A stretch of 64,000 nt of DNA from an uncultured Candidatus Saccharibacteria bacterium (GTDB lineage Bacteria > Patescibacteriota > Saccharimonadia > Saccharimonadales > AWTP1-31): NCBI GenBank assembly GCA_964641545.1, contig CAZXLT010000002.1, forward strand, positions 4,934-68,933. The letters are read 5' to 3'. Of this stretch, positions 55,436 to 63,074 are shown in pieces. Under the pieces are notes generated by a model. That model was given only the letters and a program-made list of their open reading frames with translations, was not told the origin of the DNA and did no database searches. Every line of letters begins with the position of its first letter. Position 1 is the first letter of the stretch. The position numbers and the translations under genes are program-made.

Positions 55436-57122
55436 AGTCTGTCCCTAGTATAATCACAAAGTCAGGTTTTTTGGCCTCGCTAGAAGTTGTTGATGCTGAC
55501 CCGCTGGTATTTGTTTTTGGTGCAGGCGCTCCCCCGCTTGGTATGCTGCTAATAGGAATTGTTCCAAAGCGTTGCGTAAGATAGCGGTAGGTAAACGGTT
55601 TGTCCGTCTTTGTTTGCTTCACAACCACTGTTTTAGTTTGGATGCTTTGGCTGCTTTCGACTTCGAGGACTTTGTAGCCATATCCTTTCAAAACGTCGCC
55701 AACGTACGCTGCTGAACCTGCCTTCCCAGAACCGTTGTACACAGCTACGGTTGGTGCCTCGCGTTTTAGGAATGGATCCATCATGTTGGTACGAGCATAG
55801 GCGCGGATCTTGGTGTAGTCGTTTACGCCAGCAACAGGGCGAACAACTGATTGTCCACTCACCATGCCTGTCGCGACAAGAGGCTCAGATGGTTTTGCTA
55901 AATCAAGAGACTTGATCTTGTTGTCAGGGAGATCCTTTGTTCTTCCAAACAGTGTTTTAGCTTCATCAACCGAGAAGTCGGTCCGGATGTTCTTTTGTAC
56001 GGCGTTGGCTATGCTGTTTAAGCGAACTGGATTAGCAACAATCCCTGTTGATGTTGCCTTTGAGCGCATGGCAACAAGCAGCTGACGTTGTCGTTCGCTT
56101 CTATCAAAGTCGCCCCGAGCACTGCCATGTCGGCTTCGGGCGTACTGTAATGCCCGTGCACCGTCCATGTGTTGTTGACCGGCTTTGAAGTAGTAATTTG
56201 TATAATAATCGTTAATTGCCTCAGGAACATTGATATCGACACCGCCGAGTGCATTTACAACATCACGAAAAGCTTTGAAATCGAGTAGCACATACTTGTG
56301 GATTGGTACCCCAGAAACAGTTCGAACCGAGTTTATGCTGGCTTTGATTCCTTCTTTTTCTGCGTCTTCTTGGGATTTACCGTTGTAGCGAGCTTTTTCA
56401 AGCGCCGTATTATAAACCGAGTTGATCTTACTGCTATATCCCGCATTTTGAACCCACATATCACGGGGAAGACTAAGCATAGATGCCTCTTTTGTTTCAA
56501 GATCAATACTTGCAACAATCAGGGTGTCGGTTAAGTTTGGTGCATCATTTTCAGTTCCGCCTCTCCCAAGGATTAACACGTTTAAACGACCATCACCTTC
56601 GGTATTCACCGCATCGGTAGACACTTTTTTCGACAAAGCTGCAGAGCTACTGTTACCAACGCTTTTTGAGAAAACCGAGTTGAAGAACGCATATAAACGA
56701 GCACCTGCAAGTCCGCCACCTATAAGCAATAACAGAAAAAGAATAAATAATACTTTGAATTTACGCGACCGATTTCGCCACCAGCGCCGCACACGACCAG
56801 GTTCTTTCTTCTTTTTTTCCTTTTTTGTCGATTCGAGTGGTCGCCGTGGTTCTGTTCCGATTGGGGTATTTCTAAAGTTTGTTCCCGTGTTGTCTTGCTT
56901 GAAGTCGCCAAGTTGCGGTGCCTTGTCCTCTTCCTCTACTACCGGCTTTCCGAGCGTTTGGTGGGGGCGACGACGGCTGGCTTGGGCAGCTTTTTGTTGA
57001 GGTGCTGGGGTCTTGTTACCACGGTAATATGTGGGGCTATCGAGTCGACGTTTTGGACCGGCCAGCATACCGTCTACCGAAGCACGTGGTGTTCGTTTTT
57101 TGGGAACGTTAAAGTTCGGCAT
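55407..57122 (-). CDS. LytR-CpsA-Psr (LCP) family glycopolymer-peptidoglycan ligase with a LytR_C domain
   Basis: Basic disordered N-terminus and one TM helix. The LCP core is LNVLILGRGG...NLTDTLIVASIDLETKEASMLSLPRDMWV...ALQYARSRHG..GDFDRSERQ. The C-terminal segment is VAVYNGSGKAGSA. Confidence 0.85.
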   Translation of the reverse strand: MPNFNVPKKRTPRASVDGMLAGPKRRLDSPTYYRGNKTPAPQQKAAQASRRRPHQTLGKPVVEEEDKAPQLGDFKQDNTGTNFRNTPIGTEPRRPLESTKKEKKKKEPGRVRRWWRNRSRKFKVLFILFLLLLIGGGLAGARLYAFFNSVFSKSVGNSSSAALSKKVSTDAVNTEGDGRLNVLILGRGGTENDAPNLTDTLIVASIDLETKEASMLSLPRDMWVQNAGYSSKINSVYNTALEKARYNGKSQEDAEKEGIKASINSVRTVSGVPIHKYVLLDFKAFRDVVNALGGVDINVPEAINDYYTNYYFKAGQQHMDGARALQYARSRHGSARGDFDRSERQRQLLVAMRSKATSTGIVANPVRLNSIANAVQKNIRTDFSVDEAKTLFGRTKDLPDNKIKSLDLAKPSEPLVATGMVSGQSVVRPVAGVNDYTKIRAYARTNMMDPFLKREAPTVAVYNGSGKAGSAAYVGDVLKGYGYKVLEVESSQSIQTKTVVVKQTKTDKPFTYRYLTQRFGTIPISSIPSGGAPAPKTNTSGSASTTSSEAKKPDFVIILGTDYVQKTDATW

Positions 57123-57210
57123 ATTAGGTCAAATTATAGCATAAGAACGGTCCTAAAAAGTGGATAAAACCAAGGACTGCTATACTAAAAACGAACAAAA
57201 CGTTAACAGT

Positions 57211-57639
57211 ATGAGCAAGACTAAAAATAAACCCAATAAACAGTCTATTACCCAGTTCGTTCAGTACCTCGTAAGCGGAGGTGCTTACTTTTGGAGTGGC
57301 TACCTCATGTTTTTTGTGGCAGACCAATGGCTAGATCTTGACCTGTGGTGGGCAAAACTAATTGCAAATTTGACAGGCTGGACCGTTAACTACGTTCTGC
57401 AACGCTACTGGGTGTTTAATAATCCAAAGCTGCGAAATAAAAACACTCAGGTCACCGGGCGATATATAGCGATAACTGCTTTTAATTTCGTGCTTGATTA
57501 TGTGATTGTGCGTGTCCTCAAAGATGTAGGGATCAGCCCATATATCGGGCAGTTTGTTTCAGCCGGTTTCTTTACGGGCTGGAACTATCTTTGGTATAAA
57601 TTCTGGGTATTTAAACAACCAGCGAAGCGAAAAAAGTAA
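57211..57639 (+). CDS. GtrA-family membrane protein
   Basis: FVQYLVSGGAYFWSGYLMFF, QRYWVF and a C-terminal NYLWYKFWVF. ATG 57211 is preferred over the track start 57160. Confidence 0.65.
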   Translation: MSKTKNKPNKQSITQFVQYLVSGGAYFWSGYLMFFVADQWLDLDLWWAKLIANLTGWTVNYVLQRYWVFNNPKLRNKNTQVTGRYIAITAFNFVLDYVIVRVLKDVGISPYIGQFVSAGFFTGWNYLWYKFWVFKQPAKRKK

Positions 57640-58112
57640 TGCCCAAGACTGAAAATGCTAGTAATGCGATTCGTCCCACAAAAAAACAGCGGGAGCTTCT
57701 TAGTTATATCGAGACATTTATCGGCGAGCATGGATACAGCCCAAGCTACCGAGAAATAATGGCAGGACTTAAGTATACTTCTGTTGCGACAGTGGCCCTT
57801 CATGTGAATAACTTAATAAAGCGGGGTCATCTAATTAAACGAGACCATTCAGCGCGCTCAATAGAAGTAGTAAAGCCTGGTGATGAGTTGGTCTTTTCCA
57901 CCAACCAAGTTAAAGCTTCCGAAGAAAAATGGCTAGTAAAAAAGGTGAATCATTATTTTTCTGAGGCAGAAAACGGCAATCTAACAGAAGATGCGCTGGA
58001 CAGCTTGTTTGTACTGGTAGGTGCGCTCAAAGTCCTTGGTTTAGAGGGTGCAGCGCAGTCGTTTATCCCAAGACTCAGCGAACTTAAAAAGAAACTATCG
58101 GCAGGAAAGTAG
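57639..58112 (+). CDS. LexA-type winged-helix DNA-binding domain protein lacking the S24 peptidase domain
   Basis: PTKKQRELLSYIETFIGEHGYSPSYREIMAGLKYTSVATVALHVNNLIKRGHLIKRDHSARSIEVV matches the LexA N-terminal domain. The remaining ~80 aa are helical, with no Ala-Gly cleavage site or Ser/Lys dyad module. The start overlaps the GtrA stop (TAATG). Confidence 0.6.
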   Translation: MPKTENASNAIRPTKKQRELLSYIETFIGEHGYSPSYREIMAGLKYTSVATVALHVNNLIKRGHLIKRDHSARSIEVVKPGDELVFSTNQVKASEEKWLVKKVNHYFSEAENGNLTEDALDSLFVLVGALKVLGLEGAAQSFIPRLSELKKKLSAGK

Positions 58113-58114
58113 AC

Positions 58115-58921
58115 GTGGAAGTTTTTCAAGCAATACTACTTGGAATCGTTGAAGGGCTAACCGAATTTATCCCCGTTTCTAGCACGGGGCATTTGCTCAT
58201 CGCCCAGAGGTTGATTGGCTATAAAGACCTAGCCGAAGTCTTTACGGTCGTTGTCCAGTCGGGCGCAATTGCGGCAGTCGTCTGGCAATATCGAGTTGAT
58301 TTGCTTGGCAAAGTAACTGGGCTCTTCCAAAACAAAAAGAAAGTTACAAATTTTTGGGTTTGCTGGGTTGCAGCAACTCTGCCGGCGGGTTTGGCAGGAC
58401 TAATAGTAGAAAAAAAATTCGATACATTCGCAACCTTACCAGTTATCGCGGCTGCATTGATTATCGGTGGCTTTGTAATTTTATTGATCGAAAGTCGGCA
58501 TAGCAGCTCGCCCGCTAGTAAAAATTTGTCGCTTGAAGATATTTCACTAAAACAGGCAATTCAGATTGGGCTGTATCAAATTATGGCGCTCATTCCAGGG
58601 GTTTCGCGGTCGGGCGCAACGATAATGGGCGGGTTACTCAGTGGGGTGAATCGCGTAACTGCCACTGCGTTTTCGTTTTATCTTAGTATCCCAATTCTTG
58701 TGATGGCTGGCGCCTATAAGCTTATAAAAGATGGTGACAAATTGAGTTATATCAGTGGCGGGAGTACCGCGCTGATCGCAGGGCTTATATCTTCGTTTAT
58801 TACGGCTTTTATCGTGGTGAAATGGCTGCTTAGATATGTGAGTAGCCACGATTTTAAGGTGTTTGCATACTACCGGATTGCCGTGGGATCGCTCATATTC
58901 GTTGTGCTTGTTCTTCGCTGA
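58115..58921 (+). CDS. uppP: undecaprenyl-diphosphate phosphatase
   Basis: GTG start. GIVEGLTEFIPVSSTGHL and PGVSRSGATI motifs of BacA/UppP. 268 aa with 8 TM helices. Confidence 0.9.
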   Translation: MEVFQAILLGIVEGLTEFIPVSSTGHLLIAQRLIGYKDLAEVFTVVVQSGAIAAVVWQYRVDLLGKVTGLFQNKKKVTNFWVCWVAATLPAGLAGLIVEKKFDTFATLPVIAAALIIGGFVILLIESRHSSSPASKNLSLEDISLKQAIQIGLYQIMALIPGVSRSGATIMGGLLSGVNRVTATAFSFYLSIPILVMAGAYKLIKDGDKLSYISGGSTALIAGLISSFITAFIVVKWLLRYVSSHDFKVFAYYRIAVGSLIFVVLVLR

Positions 58922-59096
58922 CTATGGAGCAAAAACTACTACATATAGCGTAAGCAGAACATGCTACACTACTAGCACTTAACAACAAAAACGCTGGAAG
59001 TAGGTGAGAATCCTACACTGTGCCGCAACGGTGTGTCATATGACGAGTCCGATCTAGCAACAAAGTCTTCCGAGCAGAAGCCAAATTTTTTTGACA

Positions 59097-59120
59097 CCCT
59101 CTGCTCGCCAAGCACGAGGG
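59097..59120 (+). promoter_or_regulatory. stem-loop pairing CCCTC with the GAGGG Shine-Dalgarno of the downstream ORF, followed by a U-rich tract
   Basis: CCCTC (59097-59101) pairs with GAGGG (59116-59120), and TGC (59102-59104) pairs with GCA (59112-59114). tattttt then leads to ATG 59128. It lies at the 3' end of a 206-bp non-coding leader. Confidence 0.35.
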
Positions 59121-59127
59121 TATTTTT

Positions 59128-60771
59128 ATGGGCGAACAACTGGCCGAGGTGATCGAACTGCACACTGCTGCGTCAACTCACGCAGGGGCGTCGTTTGAGT
59201 TTGATGGCACTGCCGCTCTAGCACGGTTCGCTGCAGATAACGTGTTTTCCACGCAAACTACAAGGCACCTGTCACTTGTTCCTTCGCTGTTCGATCGGCC
59301 CGATGTGGTGCTTCCTATAGTTCCGCCACCTGAGGCGGAAACATATGGTCGGTCTCTCAGTACCATTCGGCGGCTTGGTTACTTTATGATTGGTAAAAGG
59401 TTGCAAGAAATTATTGCAAGTCCAGAAGCTGATCAAGCCAGAGTTGAGTTTTATACTTCTGTAGAGGAGGGCTTTGGCACAGACATGGAGCTTGGCGGCG
59501 GACTTGAGGTCCGTGACTTCGATCGCCGCGTAGTGATTGGCGGTAAAATCATGGCCAAAGATCTTAAAACTGCCGTTTCAAGCATGACAGAAGGCGGTAT
59601 AACGTGTGCAGAGGAAACAGCAAAGAAGGATAGGCGCTTCTTGCCACAGCTAGCTCGCTCAGTATGGGACCATGATAACGCCCTACAAGTAGATGCAATG
59701 GCTCGAGGTGAAACAGGGTACAACACGCGCATTGTTGTTAGCCCATTCCCCGAAGAGGCAGCCGCCCAAAGCGGGAGTGAGTATTGGCGAAAGATTGGGT
59801 ATGTGCCTCATCTCAAACGAGGTTTTGTGCAACTGTACTTTGCAGGCACCAGTGAAGTTGTCACCGGTTCGTTATCGTTTGACGGAAGCAACAAACAACG
59901 CCTGCGCGAAGTGTTTGCCGATCACGACATAGAGATACCTGAAGACGAAATTACCGATAACTGGCTCAGCTACGCTATTACGGATAATCTGACCGAGGAG
60001 GATGCCAGAGCGCTCGCGACGGCGATTGCCGATGCATTGGCCGACCCTTCGCTGGAAAAGAAAACCAATACTGTTGATGTGACCGCCGAATATAAAACAA
60101 TCATGGATCAGGTATTCGACGAATCGTATGTACATATCTGCGAATCGTTGGTAAGAGGAAGGCAGACAGAAGAAACTTCGGATTTAGTACGACAGCTTGC
60201 TCGCAATACCCGCCATTTTAACGATCGCTACAAAAAGGCGCTTGCCAGAATGACTGACAGCAAAAATTCATTTATTGCAGATGACGCAGCAGTGCTCCAC
60301 GAATTGCTTGTGTACTCAACCATCGAAATGATGCGGGCTTTTCATCTTCAAAAAACAAAACCTCATGCTATCCAAAGGTCTACCACCCACCTAGTTGCTC
60401 CTATGAATGCTTCTGCCATGCAAACTATTGATCCGTCGGCTTTCCGAGTTATGCTTAGTGACTTTGGCGCTGATGGAGCCAAAAATAATCGTAGTTACTC
60501 AGCCTGCGGGTTGGCAATATCACTCGGTGACGAGCTTGGTGAGTTGCCAGACCTAGCCAACATGTTCAACAACAACCCGCAGACAGTGTTCGGCGGTGTT
60601 ACGACAGATGAGGAAAAGGCGAAAAACAAGATGGAGGGAGAGACAGACGAATTTGGACCACTCGAGTTTGAATGTACTGAAGGATGTAAGAACACGCGAG
60701 AGCGGGGTAAACTTATAAGCGAATGTAAAAACAAGAAGTATGGCTGTAAAGGATCGGTAGGCTGTAAATGA
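59128..60771 (+). CDS. hypothetical protein with a Cys-rich C-terminal tail, no recognisable family
   Basis: 547-aa ORF with a plausible SD (GAGGG, 7-nt spacing). The tail is FECTEGCKNTRERGKLISECKNKKYGCKGSVGCK. I saw no nucleotide-binding or catalytic motif. Confidence 0.5.
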   Translation: MGEQLAEVIELHTAASTHAGASFEFDGTAALARFAADNVFSTQTTRHLSLVPSLFDRPDVVLPIVPPPEAETYGRSLSTIRRLGYFMIGKRLQEIIASPEADQARVEFYTSVEEGFGTDMELGGGLEVRDFDRRVVIGGKIMAKDLKTAVSSMTEGGITCAEETAKKDRRFLPQLARSVWDHDNALQVDAMARGETGYNTRIVVSPFPEEAAAQSGSEYWRKIGYVPHLKRGFVQLYFAGTSEVVTGSLSFDGSNKQRLREVFADHDIEIPEDEITDNWLSYAITDNLTEEDARALATAIADALADPSLEKKTNTVDVTAEYKTIMDQVFDESYVHICESLVRGRQTEETSDLVRQLARNTRHFNDRYKKALARMTDSKNSFIADDAAVLHELLVYSTIEMMRAFHLQKTKPHAIQRSTTHLVAPMNASAMQTIDPSAFRVMLSDFGADGAKNNRSYSACGLAISLGDELGELPDLANMFNNNPQTVFGGVTTDEEKAKNKMEGETDEFGPLEFECTEGCKNTRERGKLISECKNKKYGCKGSVGCK

Positions 60772-60971
60772 GTGACCTAACTAAAGAACAGTACCAACAT
60801 CAAAAAGCTGCGTGTAATGGTTTGTGCGACATAGATCATGACCGTATTGCGTCTGATGATCCAACCAGAATGCCGTGTGTAACGTGTCCTTTCTGCAAAG
60901 AGTTAGTTGATGCCATTCTTACGTCCACAACCATTAGCTGCCCCAAATGTGAAGTAACGGTAGATAGGTAA
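60768..60971 (+). CDS. small zinc-ribbon protein (hypothetical)
   Basis: 67 aa. ATGA overlap with the upstream stop. Cys pattern is CNGLC ... CVTCPFC ... CPKC. Confidence 0.45.
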   Translation: MSDLTKEQYQHQKAACNGLCDIDHDRIASDDPTRMPCVTCPFCKELVDAILTSTTISCPKCEVTVDR

Positions 60972-60972
60972 G

Positions 60973-61146
60973 ATGACCATGGATGCCAAAGACGAGATTT
61001 ATAAAGAACTTGTAGATAATCGATCACCAGAATTTTTTTGTGATAATTGTGGACACTACCCAATAGAGCCGGTGCACGGACATTTCATGTGCCCCAATTG
61101 CCATATGCCCACAAAGTGCTGTGAGGGGATGGCGCTTGAGACTTAG
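60973..61146 (+). CDS. small zinc-ribbon protein (hypothetical)
   Basis: Found by reading; its 57 aa put it below the track cut-off. Translation is MTMDAKDEIYKELVDNRSPEFFCDNCGHYPIEPVHGHFMCPNCHMPTKCCEGMALET. It starts 1 nt after the previous stop. Confidence 0.4.
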   Translation: MTMDAKDEIYKELVDNRSPEFFCDNCGHYPIEPVHGHFMCPNCHMPTKCCEGMALET

Positions 61147-61184
61147 CTTATGGTAAACGAAACACCCACTGATACACTGTTGAT

Positions 61185-62477
61185 ATGGCTGCGATAGGAG
61201 AAAAATTACGACCTACATACTTACCGGATGAAGCTGAGTTCGTGGCTTCGACCACCATTCATGAATTAACTGGTGCTAGTTTTGAAGAGCCCGATGGTAT
61301 TCGTTACCTTAACGCGCCACTTCATGTTTATATCACTCAAGAAAATGAGGGGGTTCGCACGGATGTAGTGGTTGATCACTCGCCAATTGACGGGACCGGA
61401 CTATTAGAATTTCTTGGCGTCGTGTCACCGATAGGTAAAGACGCTACACTAATTGGTGTTAAAAATGACTGGGATGTTGTTGATCGTGCGGTGGATGGCG
61501 ATAGGTATGCGACTAAACTCGTTAGCGATCATAGTAGTGGTGCACTGTTGCATCAAGCATGGGCTGATTTTATGCGTTCAAGACCAGCCTTTCTAGGCGC
61601 CGTCGAAACCGCGTTTGGTCCCGATTACATCAACTTCCGACAGGCGATTACGGGCTATCCAATAGTTGTCACAGATGAGAAACTGCCACAGTTTACAGCT
61701 CAAGCAGCGATTGAGTATTTGGGCTCGGAGCCATTAGCACTGTGTACACAAGCCCTAGAAAGACTAGGTATAAATTCCCCCTATAAATTCTTGCTTGGCA
61801 AGGTTGCAGATCTGGTAAATAGGCGAAGACACCCCGATAGACAAATAAAAAATGCGGACAGGCTTATTGGCGAGTTTAATAAGTGGAGCCCAGAAAACCA
61901 GAAGCGTTGGCTGCGTTCGGTTATTGATGGGCTTGGTCCCGAGCTAGCAGGGATAGTGTACAAGGAGTTTGGTGGTCCACTTTTCGACTCTTTTCAATAT
62001 GAGGACGAAACATACCACTATCGTGTTGTAGATGAAGCTGAGGCGGGACAAAGCGGCAAGAGAAGGAGAATTTCAGCAGGACCGTGGTCTGTGGAAGTGG
62101 TCGAAACAGGATCAGGATTTTCGTCTAAGCGCCGAGCAATTCCGGGTACGCTGCGCCGTCTAAGCTATCCGACTGAACTCATGCCGCTCATTGCGTGGGT
62201 TAACGATGCAGAACAAAAAAGTTTTATACAAGCTCAATACGAAAGCTCAAAGGAAGAACACTTCAGAACAGCAGATAGTACCCTAGGTGTTTTGGCAGTA
62301 GCATACTTTTCTCCTGAAATACGAGCAGGATGGCCGAAACAATTAAGGCTGGCAAAAGGCGGACCCTACCAAAGAATGGGCGTGGTCCAAATGCCAGTCT
62401 ATGCGTTAATGCGCAGAGAACGATTACTGAGGTCCGATTTTGTAAAAAGCGTAGATGAGTTGGTGCGAACAGGGTGA
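61185..62477 (+). CDS. hypothetical protein, no recognisable family
   Basis: 430-aa ORF. Its stop overlaps the GTG start of the NadD-like gene (GTGA). Confidence 0.5.
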   Translation: MAAIGEKLRPTYLPDEAEFVASTTIHELTGASFEEPDGIRYLNAPLHVYITQENEGVRTDVVVDHSPIDGTGLLEFLGVVSPIGKDATLIGVKNDWDVVDRAVDGDRYATKLVSDHSSGALLHQAWADFMRSRPAFLGAVETAFGPDYINFRQAITGYPIVVTDEKLPQFTAQAAIEYLGSEPLALCTQALERLGINSPYKFLLGKVADLVNRRRHPDRQIKNADRLIGEFNKWSPENQKRWLRSVIDGLGPELAGIVYKEFGGPLFDSFQYEDETYHYRVVDEAEAGQSGKRRRISAGPWSVEVVETGSGFSSKRRAIPGTLRRLSYPTELMPLIAWVNDAEQKSFIQAQYESSKEEHFRTADSTLGVLAVAYFSPEIRAGWPKQLRLAKGGPYQRMGVVQMPVYALMRRERLLRSDFVKSVDELVRTG

Positions 62478-63070
62478 AGAAGATAGGAATATTCAGCGGC
62501 GCATTTGACCCGGTTCATAAAGGTCACGTAGCATTTGCGTTAGCTGCTGTCGAAGCCGCCGGTTTGAGTAAGGTTTACTTTGCTCCAGAGGCAAAGCCAC
62601 GGCGCAAGCCTGGGGTTACACACATTAGCCATCGCCTCGCCATGCTAAAGCTAGCTACTCGGGCTCATCCGAAACTTGATGTTATAGAATTACCGGATAA
62701 ATACTTTTTATCAACAACTACGCTCCCAAGAATCACTAAGCTATTTCCTGAGTCAGATTTGCACATCTTAATTGGCTCTGACCATTTGGTACACATGCCG
62801 TATTGGCCTCGTGTTGATTACTTGCTAAAGAATACCGGGTTGGTTATTGGAGTGCGTGGTCACGATGATGTAGCAGATACATTAGAACGGATAATGAACT
62901 TGCCAACCCAACCCAAATCAATTCACGTTGTTGATAGCCCAGAGCCCGACCTTGCTTCCGGAAAAGTTCGGGAACAGCTTCGTAACCATAGCCCAAGTAA
63001 AGAGATTTTGCCAAGTGTCCAGGCCTATGCAAAAAAGCACTGGCTTTACGTAGACGTTGGCAGAAACTAG
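62474..63070 (+). CDS. nadD: nicotinate/nicotinamide-nucleotide adenylyltransferase-like (cytidylyltransferase superfamily)
   Basis: 198 aa. IGIFSGAFDPVHKGHV (HxGH motif) and length/layout fit NadD. The C-terminal SxxxxR-type motif is divergent (LASGKVRE). Confidence 0.7.
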   Translation: MKKIGIFSGAFDPVHKGHVAFALAAVEAAGLSKVYFAPEAKPRRKPGVTHISHRLAMLKLATRAHPKLDVIELPDKYFLSTTTLPRITKLFPESDLHILIGSDHLVHMPYWPRVDYLLKNTGLVIGVRGHDDVADTLERIMNLPTQPKSIHVVDSPEPDLASGKVREQLRNHSPSKEILPSVQAYAKKHWLYVDVGRN

Positions 63071-63074
63071 TTGC

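Noticed and set aside
59091-59096. Perfect TTGACA -35 hexamer upstream of the orphan operon
   Set aside because: No acceptable -10 hexamer lies 16-19 bp downstream. The sequence there is the CCCTC...GAGGG stem, so a promoter call is not justified.
58972-59163. 63-aa minus-strand ORF spanning the uppP / orphan-operon leader
   Set aside because: It has no SD and an unremarkable composition, and it overlaps the start of the 547-aa ORF. The region is better explained as a structured 5' leader.
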